From Catajapyx aquilonaris (Eukaryota): 63,048 nt of DNA. The DNA is taken from the NCBI GenBank assembly GCA_000934665.2, contig JYFJ02002105.1, forward strand, positions 1-63,048, read 5' to 3'. Under the pieces are notes generated by a model that ran no database searches, was not told the DNA's origin, and saw only the letters and a list, made by a program, of their open reading frames with translations. Below, piece after piece: positions 22,701 through 37,200 of the stretch. Position numbers and translations under genes: made by a program. The first letter of the stretch is position 1, and each line of letters begins with the position of its first letter.

Positions 22701-25700
22701 TTGTTTACTATTGAGAATGTAGCCTTCCAGTTTAAATCCACTCTTTCATCGACCTAAGGAAGTTTCTAGCCAGCGATGAATGTTGACAATCACCGTGGAA
22801 ATTTAAAATTTGATTCTATAAATATTGCTACTGTAGACACTAACTTGCCAAAGCAATCCTCTATTACCATGCAATAGCCTATACCACTTACATGACATTG
22901 CGACGTACCTTCCGGGAATGTTGTCCTGTACAAACTATAAAGAGTGATGGAAGAAGAGGGTGCTCTATACTTGTGGGACTAAGGTCTGGTTGTTATATGA
23001 ATGCTTATCGGATAATCACCTATAGTGTACTCGTATGTGTAGACCTCCACACTAGTGTATATACAGTATACTGTATAGTACTTTATTGGACGACCCTATA
23101 ACGTGTGCAGTGTTTTCATGCTCTAAACGCTGCCAGGCCAAAGTGCACGGATGGATGCTTCCCTGGTGACATGGCAGTGTCACGACAGAAAGCGAAGTTG
23201 CATTATCCGGTCGAGCAGCCTCTGCTGCTGCCTTGAACGCCTCCGCATAATGACAAAAAAGAGCGGTCTCTCTCTACTGCTTCTGTGTAATGTGGACTAT
23301 GGTTTGATGTCGTGAGTGGCAGGCAGCAGGGACGGGGAAAGACAATGAGGCCCCGGTCGCGGGCTGTCAATGAGTGTACCGGTGTATTGACAGAACGCCG
23401 GCACTGTCAAATACGGTTGCTCGCCGCAGCGGGCGTGTCATTGAGTCTCGGCAAACAAGCGCCCGCTTGATATCTGGGGCCTGGGCGGGGCCTCTCTCCT
23501 GGGCTGAAGAACCTAAATGAGTTTAACATGTTGATTCTGGCCCACGGGCACCGCCACCACTCCTATCCGACTTGTTTGGCAATAAATGTTATTGGAAAAA
23601 GGACGGCTGATTGTACAAAGGCAGGCCTAGTGCCGGACACACTCTTATGAGGCCCCCGGGCCAGTTGCCCTGGGGCGGGCCAGACCTATGTGCTGCTCTG
23701 CTGCTGCGAGGTGACCAAGCGAGAGAGCAGGAGGATGGGTGGGTGGGTGGGGGTCCTTGGGGGCTCATTCCCAACAGAGCGCCCCCATTTTGACCGCGCA
23801 CGCTCACCCCAAAATGGCCTCCGGACACACTTTGTCCCTTTTGTCTCCGCAGACCAAACCTTTTTTTCGGACTTTGCTCTTCCCAGGACGCCCTCGCCCC
23901 ATACTTGCTTGTCTCTTCCGCACCTAAGTGTTGGCTTATATCCTTTTTAGGGGACTATGGACTAAGCTAAGCCGCAGTCGATTTGATTAAATTGTGAGGG
24001 CAGTATTATGCGGCTTAATAAACATGGGTCTTGCGCCACGAGCTTCTGCTGTCCAAAAGCACCTCAGGTTCATCACTCTATAGGCTAACGTCAAAGGGAA
24101 AGACTTAAGCTCGACTTAGGTGTCAGGTGAATTAACTGCTCCGTAAATACAGTGTAACAGACTATAAAACACGCATTTGCTTAGATGCACGTGAAGACCT
24201 GCTGTGGTGTAAAACGATTTCTAGCATTAAGATATGGCTTTCAATGCATGTCCCTCAGGAACACTTTGATTATTCAAAGGTGATGTCATTTGACCGCTGC
24301 TTAAAATCTGCTTAGTAACATTGTTGATGACAACTATAGGGATTAGCAAGTGTTTCATTTTACGCTTGATGTTTCTTCTGACGATTTTCCCTCCTGTGTC
24401 TTTTCAGCAACTGATGGAAGTTAAACCTGGCTTCGAAACGAACGAAGCTCTGAGGTAAAGGCGTGATTTTTGTCTCATTCATTCTAACTTGTAGAAGTAT
24501 ACACGACAGGCAACTCTTGCCGTAGCTTTAATTGCAATATTTTCCCTGTCAAGTTTTGGCAATATAACAAAGGGCGGAATGAGAAATGAGGATTTGTGCT
24601 CGGTTGGCCTCCTCATAAGTAGCCGCCTGCTTTCTGCACAAATTAGTACCTCTCCTTGACTAAGTGTAAAAGACGTGACAACTTTGGACCCCCCCCCCCT
24701 CTCTTCCCTCAGGGGCCCCCCTCAAGAAAAAAAAAGGGAAAAGGGAAGTTTGGCGCTTTAGCCGAAATGAAATTCCATTCTACTCTCAAATTACAACATT
24801 TATAATGAATGTGTGGAATGCAAATAAATTGATCCCCGTCGCTTGGTCTGACTTGAGCAAATGCTATGCTAACTGAGCTGACACTAATTCAGTTATTTGG
24901 CGCGGATGACAACCCGCGCGATAAAGGTGTAATCGGATGAGGAAAGAACCGGAGGAGGGACTAATCAATTTGCGATCACGCTGAACGAAAAATGAAATTA
25001 GGTTTCCCGCTGGCAGGGAGAGGAGCCAGATTTAGGGCTAACGAGATCAAGATTTGCAGGCGCTGCTGTTGCTCCTCCTCTTCTCTCTCTCTCTCTCTCT
25101 GTCTGTAGCTGCATTTGCTCATTGCAGCAACCCGATATGCACCAACCATACCTCTCAACATGTCCACACACAAAAAAATTGCATTCGTCCTTTTATTTGG
25201 TGGCATATTAATATCCGCTGCTCTTTTCAGGCAAGCTGCTATGTCCGATTTGATCCTACTGAACAAGACGGATCTGGTTCCAACAGAGCAGCATCAAAAG
25301 CTGCTGGACCAAGTCAGGTCAGCGATTTTAATCCCCTCTAATTTGAACACGCGTACCTGCCTCTTTTGCAATACCTGGCAACCTTTTTGCATATATTCCT
25401 TTCTTAATATCCGCCACCCCCTTTTTGTGGGTGTATCCCACCCCCCCCCCCCCCATTTTCATTGTGCACATTTAATAATCACGCCCGCCCTTGCCAAGGG
25501 GACGTATATATAATCAGAGTGCCCCAGAATCATGGATCATCGGCACCATTGTTGTGTCGGGGCGGGATCCGAAGCAGAGGGGAATGCCAGGCATCCAAAC
25601 TAGCGCCGTCATTATAGGCATACGTCGACTATTTACCGTGCATCCTGTCAAGTCTATAAACGGCCGCTTTTGTTGCAGGTGCATTAACAGCGCGGCCGGA

Positions 25701-28700
25701 ATTATCTCCACGCAGCGATGCAGGTAAGGTCCCCAATACTAGCTCGCTCGACTGCTTCATCGCGTTTGATATATTCATAATGCCCCCTCCCGCCCGCCCT
25801 TTCCCCCATATCTGCAAAAACCCTGACAAAAGTGGCGCGCTTTTCCGACCCACTGCGTCCAATGTGGCGGCTGCCAACGCGGCATTCTAACCAAGGGAGG
25901 AGGAGGGGGGGGGACCGACCATTTCCCTGCCAGGGAAACTCCCGATTGGTTCCCCCCCTTTTTCCAGGAGACAAAAGGACGCCAGCGGGGGTGGGATTGG
26001 GATGTGCGCATATTATATTTGCATCCGATTGCTCACTTGCGCGGCAGGTACCAACAAAGGTCCCCACCTCTCTTTTCTTGTCTGCTGGCAAGCCTTAGGG
26101 ATCAAAATCACATTTTCCAGGGAGAGGGAGACCTTATGGAGATGGCCAGAACCTGCTGGAGAAAATGAGATTGTTAGGTGCTGTATTACCGGAGATACAT
26201 ATAACTTATACAATCAGAATGTTTCTGCTCCTCTCCTCTCCAGTCGTGACATTTCTGATTTGCAATTATAGCGGCGTGGAACAATCCCGGTTCTACTGGG
26301 CTGATTTCGAATGCTTCTTTGTTGAGCGGGTTGAGAGGAAGGATATTGGTGTCACCTTTTGTTGTCGCCTGCTGGGTTGTCACACGCGTCGCCACCCATC
26401 AGATATGGAAATGATCTTCAGACACCTCACTTCCAACCTATCTCCTTCCCCTTTTCAGTCACACAATGGGGCATAGTTCAGCTGAAAGGCTCATTTAGCA
26501 AACTACTCAAATTCGCCCACTGCACTTGTACATTTATTGAGCTCCGACGAAATAATAGTGGCCTCAAGCCTGTTAATCTATATATGTCTCTCTGGAGGGG
26601 CTCTGCTGGATGATATAGACGAGAGTTTCAGCTCACATGTATAATTATTCTGTGAGTGTAACAAACGGCTGCGAGAAAATTACTTTTAGCACTGAACCGT
26701 GATCATATTTTCATCCCTGTTAATTGGAGCCTGATTGCATCCCAATATCACTCCCCCCCTATCCACTCTTTCATTACTTTCCAGGATCGATTTGAGCCAG
26801 ATACTGGATCTGCACGCCTACGATGGAATTAAAGCGGAAAGGTACAGTTGGATACATTTTTATTGTGCATTTTATTGTATTCTGGGAAGAGCAGAACCCT
26901 GTGATTTTTGTGCCATATTTTGCCTCCAAGTATACATGAAACTGCAATTTTTCCGATTGAAAATTCGTACATTTTTGCCATATCATTTCCAAATCCTTTT
27001 CCCATTCTTTTCCGCCGACACCAGCAGAGAGGGGTGTAGGAGTGAGATGGGAATGAGAGGGGGGGTGTAGATAATTTAACGCATGGGGGCCATGTCGGGG
27101 CGGGAACAAAGACTTGTTTTGATCATCTGGGTCCATCCCGGCAGTCATGTGATACAAAAGGGGGGAAGCCGTCCAATTGGACATGGGGATAGGAGAGAGG
27201 AGGGGGGTGTATTGATTGTCGCCAGCTTCTCTCTGCAACATCCATCCATCCATCCTTCACCCCCCTCTCTCTCATCATCACCACCTGCCCTCTCACCATT
27301 CTGTATAATGCTTCTAGGGGTCAATGCGTCAACCCGCCCAACTTATTAGGAACCGTTTTCATCAGCGCCCCGGAGAATAATCGCTCTCCCCCCTGATTTA
27401 TGTCCCCGCAGCTTTTACCCTCCTAACCTCCTTTGCAAGTCTGTTTCCATCGGTGGGGGAACGTGATTTGCGGCCACGTCCCATCCATGATACCACCACA
27501 ATCGCGGTTTGTTATCAGGTGACTATTGAAACGATATTGGCTGATCCTGCTCATTCAACCTAATTTTAACAGCTAATCCTTATATATATATATTCTTTGT
27601 GGGTCGGCCAGTGTAACACCTCAAGGATACACTACCAAAGGGCATAGTTTCACCTTACGCTCTGACATGATCAGGTTTTTCTGGTGCATTTTGCTGTGTC
27701 GGATCAACGTCTGAGGTTGTGGAAAAGTTGCCCACGAGGCGCAGTTCCCAGTGACGCCTAAAATTTAATTCCAACATATTGCACTTAAATGACAGCAGTA
27801 AGCTGCCCTACTTCGTGTCCTGTCATCGGCTGCTTTGGAACTTGGGGGGGAAAAATCCGCAGATTTGGCCTGAAGTCTTCCCTAAATTTTTTTCGTTAGG
27901 TTTTACTGGATGTCCCTTGACAGAAGGCAAGTCCTTGTTCCCTTACACATCTTCTCCCCTTCCCCCCCAATGTGATCCAGCAAACGTCCTGTGTAATGGG
28001 GCCAACGAGACGGAACAAATGGCAGCTTTCCCCCCACATCCTCTCGTGATCCAAAGTATCGGGGATGGACCAAGGCATGGAACCCTAATTGAATTTCGCG
28101 GCTGTTAATGATTATTTGCAAGCCAATGAAGAGTTGCGCGACGCAGTCTGGCCCCCCTCTTCTCTTCATGGCCCCTTAATGGCCCCTGAAAGGGAGATCG
28201 GACCAATCCTGGAGTGTTGGCCGCCACTTATCCGGAAACAAACCCCCCGGACCATTTATACAATATTCATAAGTCGGCTGGCTGCGGATAATACGCTTAT
28301 TAAAGGAGGGTTTAACTCAATCGGCGGGTGAGTAAGGGGACTTGTGACTTATTCCCGGCCTAATTGATCCGACCGCGCGCCGTGTTTCCCGATACGATGT
28401 TGGAGACCCCACCTAATTGAAAAGGGATGCCGGGCCATGTTTCAGTTCTGTCTCGGTCTGACTGGGATGAATATATTTGATGGTTGCTGATTCCCTGGTT
28501 TTTTTCAGGCTGAAGAAGATTGCAGATGCTGAGGTAGCTGCCCCGTCAGCAGACCACATTGACAAGGTACAGCATCATTATGTGCAGTATATGGCATGAT
28601 CCTGAGAGTTTGTTCAGTATACAACTGTGTGATTTTGCCCTTTCAGAGTGTACGAACAGTGACTGTGGAAGTGAGCAAGCCTGTTCGTCGCCAACACCTG

Positions 28701-31700
28701 GATGACCTGGTGCAGCGTTTGCTCTGGGAGAAGATACCAAACTCGGTCAACGAGCCGATGGTCATCTTCCGACTGAAGGTAAATTTGATTAAGCTTCTTC
28801 CTTGCCGCCCCACAGTCAGTCAGCACACATGTCGAGGGGCGTGTAAACCCAAGGAGAGGCTCCATCCGTGTCGACGAAGCAGAAAATGGAAAAGCGAGGA
28901 GGCATCCTTGAGAAAGCATAATATTTCAGTGCCGGTTGTAGACGTGGGTCCCCCATTTGTCAGCGGGCTCATCCCTTTCGACCGGAGGTTTTTGGCGGGG
29001 GCGAAAAAGCAATCCCTCACTGTTTCTGCTGGGTGATGCTGGCTGCAGACTGGGGGTATCTGGAGTAGCTGCTTGAGAGCTGCATACTTGCCGGTAATTT
29101 GTCTCCAAGGGACTCGCACGCAACAGTGACAAAGCTGCGTCAGATTCTCACGCCTGAATACGCCACGTGCTCTCCAGATCACGGGGAAGCTATGCAACCC
29201 ACATAGTTCTTGGAATGAGACGGCATGTACTAATATTTCGTTGCACATATTGTGGACCTTCCAAACTCAGTATAGGCTCTACTGATGGCAGGTTAAGCTG
29301 AAGTAAGAGAAAAGAATAATTAGCCAGAGTGTGGCGGCTAATGGTTAGAGACGGAATTCAGAAACGTCTTCTAACATAAACGCACAGTTTAAAATAGTCT
29401 GGAGGCATTTACAGTTTAGCCAGCGTTTTAACTGATCGTTAAACACTAAAAGTAGTTTAACTGCCAACAGTGGCAACAAACTTTAATTACGGTTAACATC
29501 GCCCAGTTTATGGAATCACTTAATGTTTTATTTAAATCATAAACACGTCCCTTGCATCGTTGTATACTTAAATTTTTGTAACGTCGCGATGATTGTAAAC
29601 AGCGCGTTTAAGTTGTGTAGACAGGCCTGGTACATTATGGTATATACCGTTGGAATTATCTTTTTCAACCTGATTATGGGTACAGTTTGATCTTGAGGTG
29701 CGCTGTTTTCTAAAGTCTGGAGAGCTTTCAATATCAGCTTTAGTAATAAACCCTAATATTTTGCTAGGCTTATTGCAATTAAGATAATCTGATCAATGGA
29801 GAAGCCAAGGATTCTTTTTGAACAGTGATATAGAGAGTAATCCTCTTTGCTTTTCCTGTGTACATTTAGGCCGCTAATATTCCAAGTCTGTTTAATATGT
29901 TTACAAATGCCAATTACGAACTTTTTCATAGATAATGTGCAAAAATCTATATATTAATCACAAATTCATTAGTTATGGGAAATATATTGATTTTACTTCT
30001 GTCATCAGGCATACCGAACATTTCTTTCCGATGTATAAATAATAGTTGTGTTGAATGGGTGCCCAGTTTTGCCATCATTTGCTATATTATTATTAGTGAA
30101 AATTGCTGATGGAAATAATCCTTGCAAAAGTGCAACTCAATTTTTCATACTCGGTTGGGGGGGGGGGGAGTGAATATGTGGGCTTGAATACTACGAAATC
30201 GTTTTTAAAGTTTGGTATTGCCCTAAACCACATTTAGAGGTTGAAATATATACATACGTATTTATTATTGGTTTGAACTACTTTTTTTGAATTAATTCCG
30301 AGTTTGAGTGGCGCAATCAATTGTGGCTGCATGCACTAGGCGAGAATATCAGGATTTTGTACAGATGATATCCTGATGGGCCAGGCAACCAACATTGAAT
30401 TTATTGCGAGAATTTTAAGCTATACTCTAAATTATGTCACTGTCACTACAGGAGAGCTGGGAATAAAGTATGATTCGTAAATAATCTTAATGTCGCGTTG
30501 CCAAAATAGTTAAATTGCATCCTTCAAGAATCTATATTTATCCATTCCAGCCAAGGAAAGACTGCTTTCCCTTTCAGCAGACATTATTATCATGAATATG
30601 ATCGCAGAGCACTTGGACGTCTTTCCTCTGATTGGTACTGTATGAACCAACTGGTGGAGAAACTGCTCATGCCAAACATACCATATAGAGAAATAATTCA
30701 CATGAAAAACAGGGTGAATAGGCAGGTTGAGTAGATAAGCTGGAGACTGATGGGAGAAGATAGTATCAAACTGTAACTTTTATTATTCATATCTGAAATG
30801 TACAGGGTGGCCCATTGCTTCTTCGGTTCACGACAAAGAAAGAAGAAAAAGTGTTTCCAGCATACAAAGACATGTCCATTGTGCATGTTGCTTTCATTGT
30901 TGCAAACACTGATTGATGTAACATGGAGCGAGAAAGCTGAACTCTGCGTTGTGCTGCCCGCAAATACACTTCATGTTGGACTTTTCCAGTACATTCATTG
31001 AGAATTTTTTTTACGCCTGTGCAGGCCTCATTTTCATATTTCTGTTAAGATCTTTAATGGGTGCCACATTGAAGCCGAACTTGATTCCACATACCGGTAA
31101 CGCCTGACATGTCACTGATACCAGAGTTGTCTGGTTAGCCCCCCTGAAAGCCCGGAATGATATTTTTCGCTGGCACTCTCTCTGTCTGCCTCCGTGAAAG
31201 AACACAAAGTGGCATGAGTATGCCGTAGGTGTACACGCCCGAATGCACGTCAGATCCGGAATGAGCCAACTCTGGTGGACGTGGCTGGCGAGCCGAAATG
31301 GAAACCCGAGGCACAGATTGGCCAAGTTGTGAGTGGCAAAGCGACAGACGGGTGCGCACACGCATGAACGCCCATTGGAAGCAACACCACGTCACTATAT
31401 ACACTGTTGCTTGCTGGAAGAACGTCGTTATGGCATCCCCAGAACTCCATCTTGGGTGTTCCTCCCATTCCTCGCTAATAACTTGAAATTTCCATGGGGG
31501 CAACCTACTGTCCCGGTTGCACAATCGTCAGTTAACTGACGGTTGGTGTGACCCCAGCAGAAGACGTGTGGCGTGTGGTTCGGAAATGGCGCCGAATTTA
31601 TTTTTGTTTATGGTAGTAGCCCGTGATGGAGCACCCTCCACGTCGCGCTGCTTTTGCGGCAGGGCCAGAAGAATAACGCACCGTAAATGTTTGCCGTGAC

Positions 31701-34175
31701 AAACCCTCCCTGTCTGATTGACACAGGAGGGCCCTTTTAGGGTGATGACCAAAAAGGAGAGGTTTAGGAGGCCCACAGCCGGACAAAAGTAGCTCCCACA
31801 CTCCTCCATGTCCTACTTGTGGTGGGGGGGCCCTACTCTTTTAATAGGTGACAGTTTGTCAACACTGGAGGCCAAAGAGGGACACAGGACACTGGCCGAA
31901 ATCCCACCCTCCCCAAATCTTTGGGCGCAGCTGTATATCGCCCAACAAAAGAGTCCCAGACCAATGAATATCACTCCTCAACGGACCCCTGCCCTATTAT
32001 GACCGTGTAATTTAGTGTTTAAAGCGAGCCTTAAGCATGCGCTCTGCATTGTAGATGAAACATTTAATAGAGTCCTTTTCCCCTCCCTCCCCTTCGAGCC
32101 AGGATTTGCTCTTTTTCCAATCCGATCGGTTCCTCAGGTATATGGCCGTGGTAATCGGGCGGAAGGGAAGGTTCCTCTGGTTCAATGGGGCACAAACTTC
32201 CCTCACCTGCCCACCAGAGTTGTCGACGGCGGGACCCTTTTTCTTCTTACACCCACCCACCCACTCTATATTATATATATGGCCCTTGTCTTGCCACCAC
32301 ACGGGGCTTCCACAAAGCCCCCTTCTGAGCCTTGCCCTCCCCTTGATTTGCAAGCCAGGAACACGGCCACAAAAGGGAAGATGGGGAGGGCTAATATTTT
32401 CCTCTCAGAATGGAAATTCTGCTCGAGCTGGTGTGTGCAGCAGGATGTGTGTGTGCACTGGCACAATAGGGAAAAGGAGGAGAAAAATGAATAGGCTGTT
32501 TGGAGGGGCAGGGGAGAGTTAAGCCGAACGTCGCGGACCTTGTAATAACTGTTGTCTTGCATATTCAATGGTGTTCAGGTGTTGGTAGGCGCATTCATTG
32601 CTTAGGTGGTTATCTGCTGGGTATTCGTACAGTGTAATTCCACTTTAGTGTGCAAGTATAAGTGCGATGATGAAGACATTGCAGCAAGTCACTTCATGTA
32701 TTCAAATTGCAAGTAACAATTGCTTGATTAATCCACCAAAGGATGGATTAAAGCTGTCCGTAAGTTTTTATAATATGGCGATTGGATTGACATTATTCTT
32801 ATTAGCAGCTTGCGTCCAGTGTTGTTTTTTCATTCATGCAGTATAATAGTAATAGGCTAACAGTTTGTAACATGCGCGCGCACATGAACTCAATTGTGTG
32901 GGTTTGAGTGAACAATTTTTTGAAAGTGCATGTGTGGTGAGTTACCCCAAATAGTGTTACAATATTATAAATTCAGAATCCATACAGTTCACCATTACTT
33001 ATACGGTTATATCGTTTGGCGCTATCCGCGTTTTTCTGAAATTAATTCACGCATGTTGCGTAAGTTTTCATATTTTATGTGGTGATAAAAAACAAAACAA
33101 AATTAATAGCCTTATTCGCGACGATTGCCAACTTCACGTTACAGGAGGTGTAGTTGTTAGGGGCGAGAATCTATTCTTGTTTCATATGTTGGTAACTCCC
33201 AGGTTGAATGATCGCTGCAAAAAAAATAGCCTTTTGATATTCATGAGTTTTCCCCTCCCCTTTCCCGTCTCCGTTTGTGCATTGACGGGTACAAATCCCC
33301 GCCCCTTCAATAGGCAACTGAGGAGCTAGGCCTAGGCCTAGGCCGACCCCATTTTGTTCAGGCCAGTTTTGCGTGGCGTCGTCTACTTAGAGGGGCTGGA
33401 GGGGTGGGTAGGGGGAGGTTAGACCTACTCCCCGCCTACATAATCGGGTTCAATTATCTGTCCTCTCCTTCCAGCCTGTTATCCGATTGCCAGCTCTCGT
33501 CCCTTATTAAGTGAGATTAGGGGGAGTTAGCTGAATAGAGAAATAAACAAGGCGCCGACGCTTTTGTTGCCGCGATTGGTGGGCGTGACCAGGGGATGGT
33601 CGGGGCGTGGCCGAGCCATCTGCCCTTAACCACGAGATTACCCAAGTTGCAAATAATATGTCCTAATCACTAGGTTCAATTCCTATACTTCTGGCACGGA
33701 GAGCTTTTTGTCCGCAAATTTCAGCAATTTTATGTTCAAATGTTAATCTTTTTATGTAAATGGTACCGTATGCTGGGAAAGGTGTTAATCAGCCTTATTT
33801 AAACTTTTGGTATAGAAGTCAATTTAATGGAGTTTCCTTACATACGAGCAGTGAGGGTTAGTGCCATCTCCACAAATATCAGATCTTGAGACAGAAGCCT
33901 ATATATAACAAGTCAATTAAGTTTATAGTAATTGTTACTAATGGCTGTGATGATTTGTCAAACTGCTGGCAAGAAATACTCTTTTGTCACAGGGTTGTCT
34001 GCAGTTCAAAAGCTTGAACACGTCCTTTCCTTGCATGCTGTGCGACTTGATATATATGTCCATGCTTACATGCAACGTGAAGTTTCTCAGCGCCCCATAC
34101 AGATACTGTACCTTCATGCCTCTTATATCAAAATAATCATACTGCTGATGTACAATTTCTCCAAGCATATTACAG

Positions 34176-34240
<65 letters not shown>

Positions 34241-37200
34241 GTCGGCGTCGTTTAGAAGTATGAAGTCAAAGACAAATCGCCACATCATTTTTCATAGTTA
34301 TGAGCTCGTTCAAGACAAAATTCAACAAAACAATGGATAAACAATCCATTGTTTTGTTGAATTTTGCCTTGAAGCTCAAGTCCACATGGTTTTTAACCAG
34401 GACTTGGGCTTTTTGTTCCATTGGGCCATTTTAAGCATATATGTTTGTAAATGAATTACTGTGACTCATGAATGTCATACTCGTAATATGGTGCTTGTCA
34501 GTAAATTGATGACGGCTTTTTTATATAATAGTTTTTAAATCACAGATGCATGAGTCCTCACACAATAAAATAATGCGCCGGTCTATAATTAATATGAATG
34601 CAGATTTATCATAGATGCAAATCAGAGATCTGGCTCAGGATCCGGTTCATTCCATAATATCGAGTGGGGTATAGCTCCCATCAAAAGGTCGAGTGTGATC
34701 CCCGACACCCCCTGAACATTCTCTCGACATGAGTGTGCCTCGCCCCCTCTCTTTCTCCCCCCATTCTATCTCTCTATACATATAATTTCCCCACCTCTCT
34801 TTCTCTCACTCACTCTTCTCTGATCCGATGGGTGGGTGGGTGGGTTGTCTATCCCCAGGCATGCTGCATTTCAGGAGGTAGGTTTGCCATGGCAGCCACT
34901 CAAACCCACCCCAGTCATTGTTCGGCTGCTCTGAAGAGGATCCGTTTCAGGTCTCCCCCCTCCCAAAATGATATGTTAATTGGCGATGGATGCAAGAGGC
35001 GTGACTCAGCACTTCTTGGCGCAAATGATGCTATTTAGTATCGTGTTCATCGGAAGGGATTAGAACGAGGACGCGATTACTCCTTGGCTGCCCCCAAATC
35101 TGCCTTTATGAGCCTTCTCAATGGCACGGCCTGCTGATGCCTAATGAAGAGCTTGTCGCTTTTTACCATGGGGGGAAAAGAGAGGGGGAGTGGAAAGAAA
35201 GGGACTTGCAAATTCCTGGGATTGCACAACCCCCAAGTGTTTGGTGCCATAAATTCAAAGCCACTTGTAATTAAAACCTGCTGCTTGCCCAGTGCGGATA
35301 GACCCGGAACAGGAGGTCAGGAAGTTCAATAATATGTAGTGAAGGTGATGAGTAGCATAAAATCACCTTTGGAGCAAATTGTGACGTTTCCTTTTTAAGA
35401 TTTAAAAAAATAATGAATAACGTGAAACCTGATTCTGATTTTGACCTCATCCTCATTTCATTGCTTGATTGTTATGTTTTCGGGTTTGACCTGCGGATCA
35501 TCTCTGCCTGCATTGTCACGAATTCTTTAGAACCGTCGCCGCTTTTCAACTCGCCGCGTTTGATGCCTCAATAGGCGGCTTGTGAAAAGGTTCGAAACTG
35601 GCCCAGCAAATTTTTTTTTTCTGAGGTTTTAAAAAAAAAGTTTTAGAAGGAGGGTGCTCTCCTTTTGATAAGATTTTCCCTTCGGTCCCTCCCCAACAAT
35701 GCTGAGATGTACAAATATTTGGTAGGATGAATATTACGTGGGAAACGCATGCCAACCGGTCCGCAACGGATTTTGAGAGGTTTCTCGGGAATAGGTCTCT
35801 GTCTCTCTTTTTTTTTTTTTTGAAACTCACGAGGTCTGGCGAACAATCCCAATCGTCCTTATACCAGCCCCCGGTTGATATGAGTCGTCCCATTATGAAG
35901 TTTGGGGACTAATCTTGTCGCCTTTGGGTGTCGGAAAAGGCCCCGCTGCTGGGGGGAGGAGATGGGGGGGGACTGCGAGGCACGCCGTGAATGTGTACCA
36001 TTTTCATCAAACACGAACGGTCCCAAATGGAGCCGGCCGGCCAAGTGAGCACGAAGAATGTCGTGTTCGGCGCGCCCTTTCATAAATTTTGCACCTCTGT
36101 GTCATAACTCGGGGCAATATTGTCTTTCCAAGAGCAACGCCCAGCCCGCCTGGAATGTTTAATATTTCGCGGCGCCCGGAACGATGCGCAAGGATGAAGG
36201 AAAAGGGGGGGTTTAAAATTGTGGGGGGGATGCTGCATCCGAAGAGGGGAGGATCAAGAAGCGACCGTCCATCCCTTTGTTGCCATGCCACATTACTTCG
36301 CACCAGGAAGCATTATTGATATTGGAACCACTTCCGTTCTATTTAACACTCCCCGCACTCTGTCTCTCGGCCTGGGAATGTTTGCTACCGAACAACAAAT
36401 ATATGCGATGCCTCTGGTTTGAAAGCGAGCTTATATGTGAATGTGCCCGAATCGATCTGTATGTATATGCTAGCCGCTAGCCTCTGCTATAAAGCCAACC
36501 AATAAATAGGAGCATTGTTTTTGCGAGATGGTGACGGTCCATTTGAGGCTGTCGCAAAAAAAAAATTGGATGGAATTCAGGCCGCAATATCGGAATATTG
36601 TGCTTGAGCGGGTTGAGCTGTTGGCGTATAAACTTGGAGGGTGAATGACTGGCTGGGTTGTGCGCGTAATTATTATGGTAATTTTCCAGACCCTGTTTCG
36701 GCTGGGAATGTATACTGGTAAAGGAATGAGTCCGCTATGAGTTGCCGTTTTTTTCAACTCACAAACTTCTTATGGCGTCCCCATATCAGCTATACCAGCG
36801 CCGAAGCGGAAACCCCCTTCCCTACGGTTGATAGGGAAGGGGGTTTCCGCTTCGGCGCTGGTGTAGTTTCCAAAAGTGTGGCGATCCTGGCGGCGGACGA
36901 AGCCTCCCAAACCACTAAACTCAAACTTATTTTTTAACGTGGAAATGGTGGATTGAATTGATTCGTTGTGGCGGAATTGTGTGTACAACCTGCTTTTCTA
37001 TTACTTTCAGGGGATTGCATGGATCGAGGGTCACACTCATCCCCAGATGCTTCAAGGCGTAAACGAGATCTACGAATCGGACTTCCTGCCCAAAGCATGG
37101 TCAGAGGACGAGCCCAGATTCACCCGGCTCATACTGATAGGTAAGAGAATTGCATAATCCCTCAGCAGCCTGCTTGAAATGAATAGGACCAGAGAGCACT

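Noticed and set aside
35345..35437. Possible C/D box snoRNA (GTGATGA...CTGA) in intron 11
   Set aside because: Weak terminal stem, no recognisable rRNA guide and far from a splice site.
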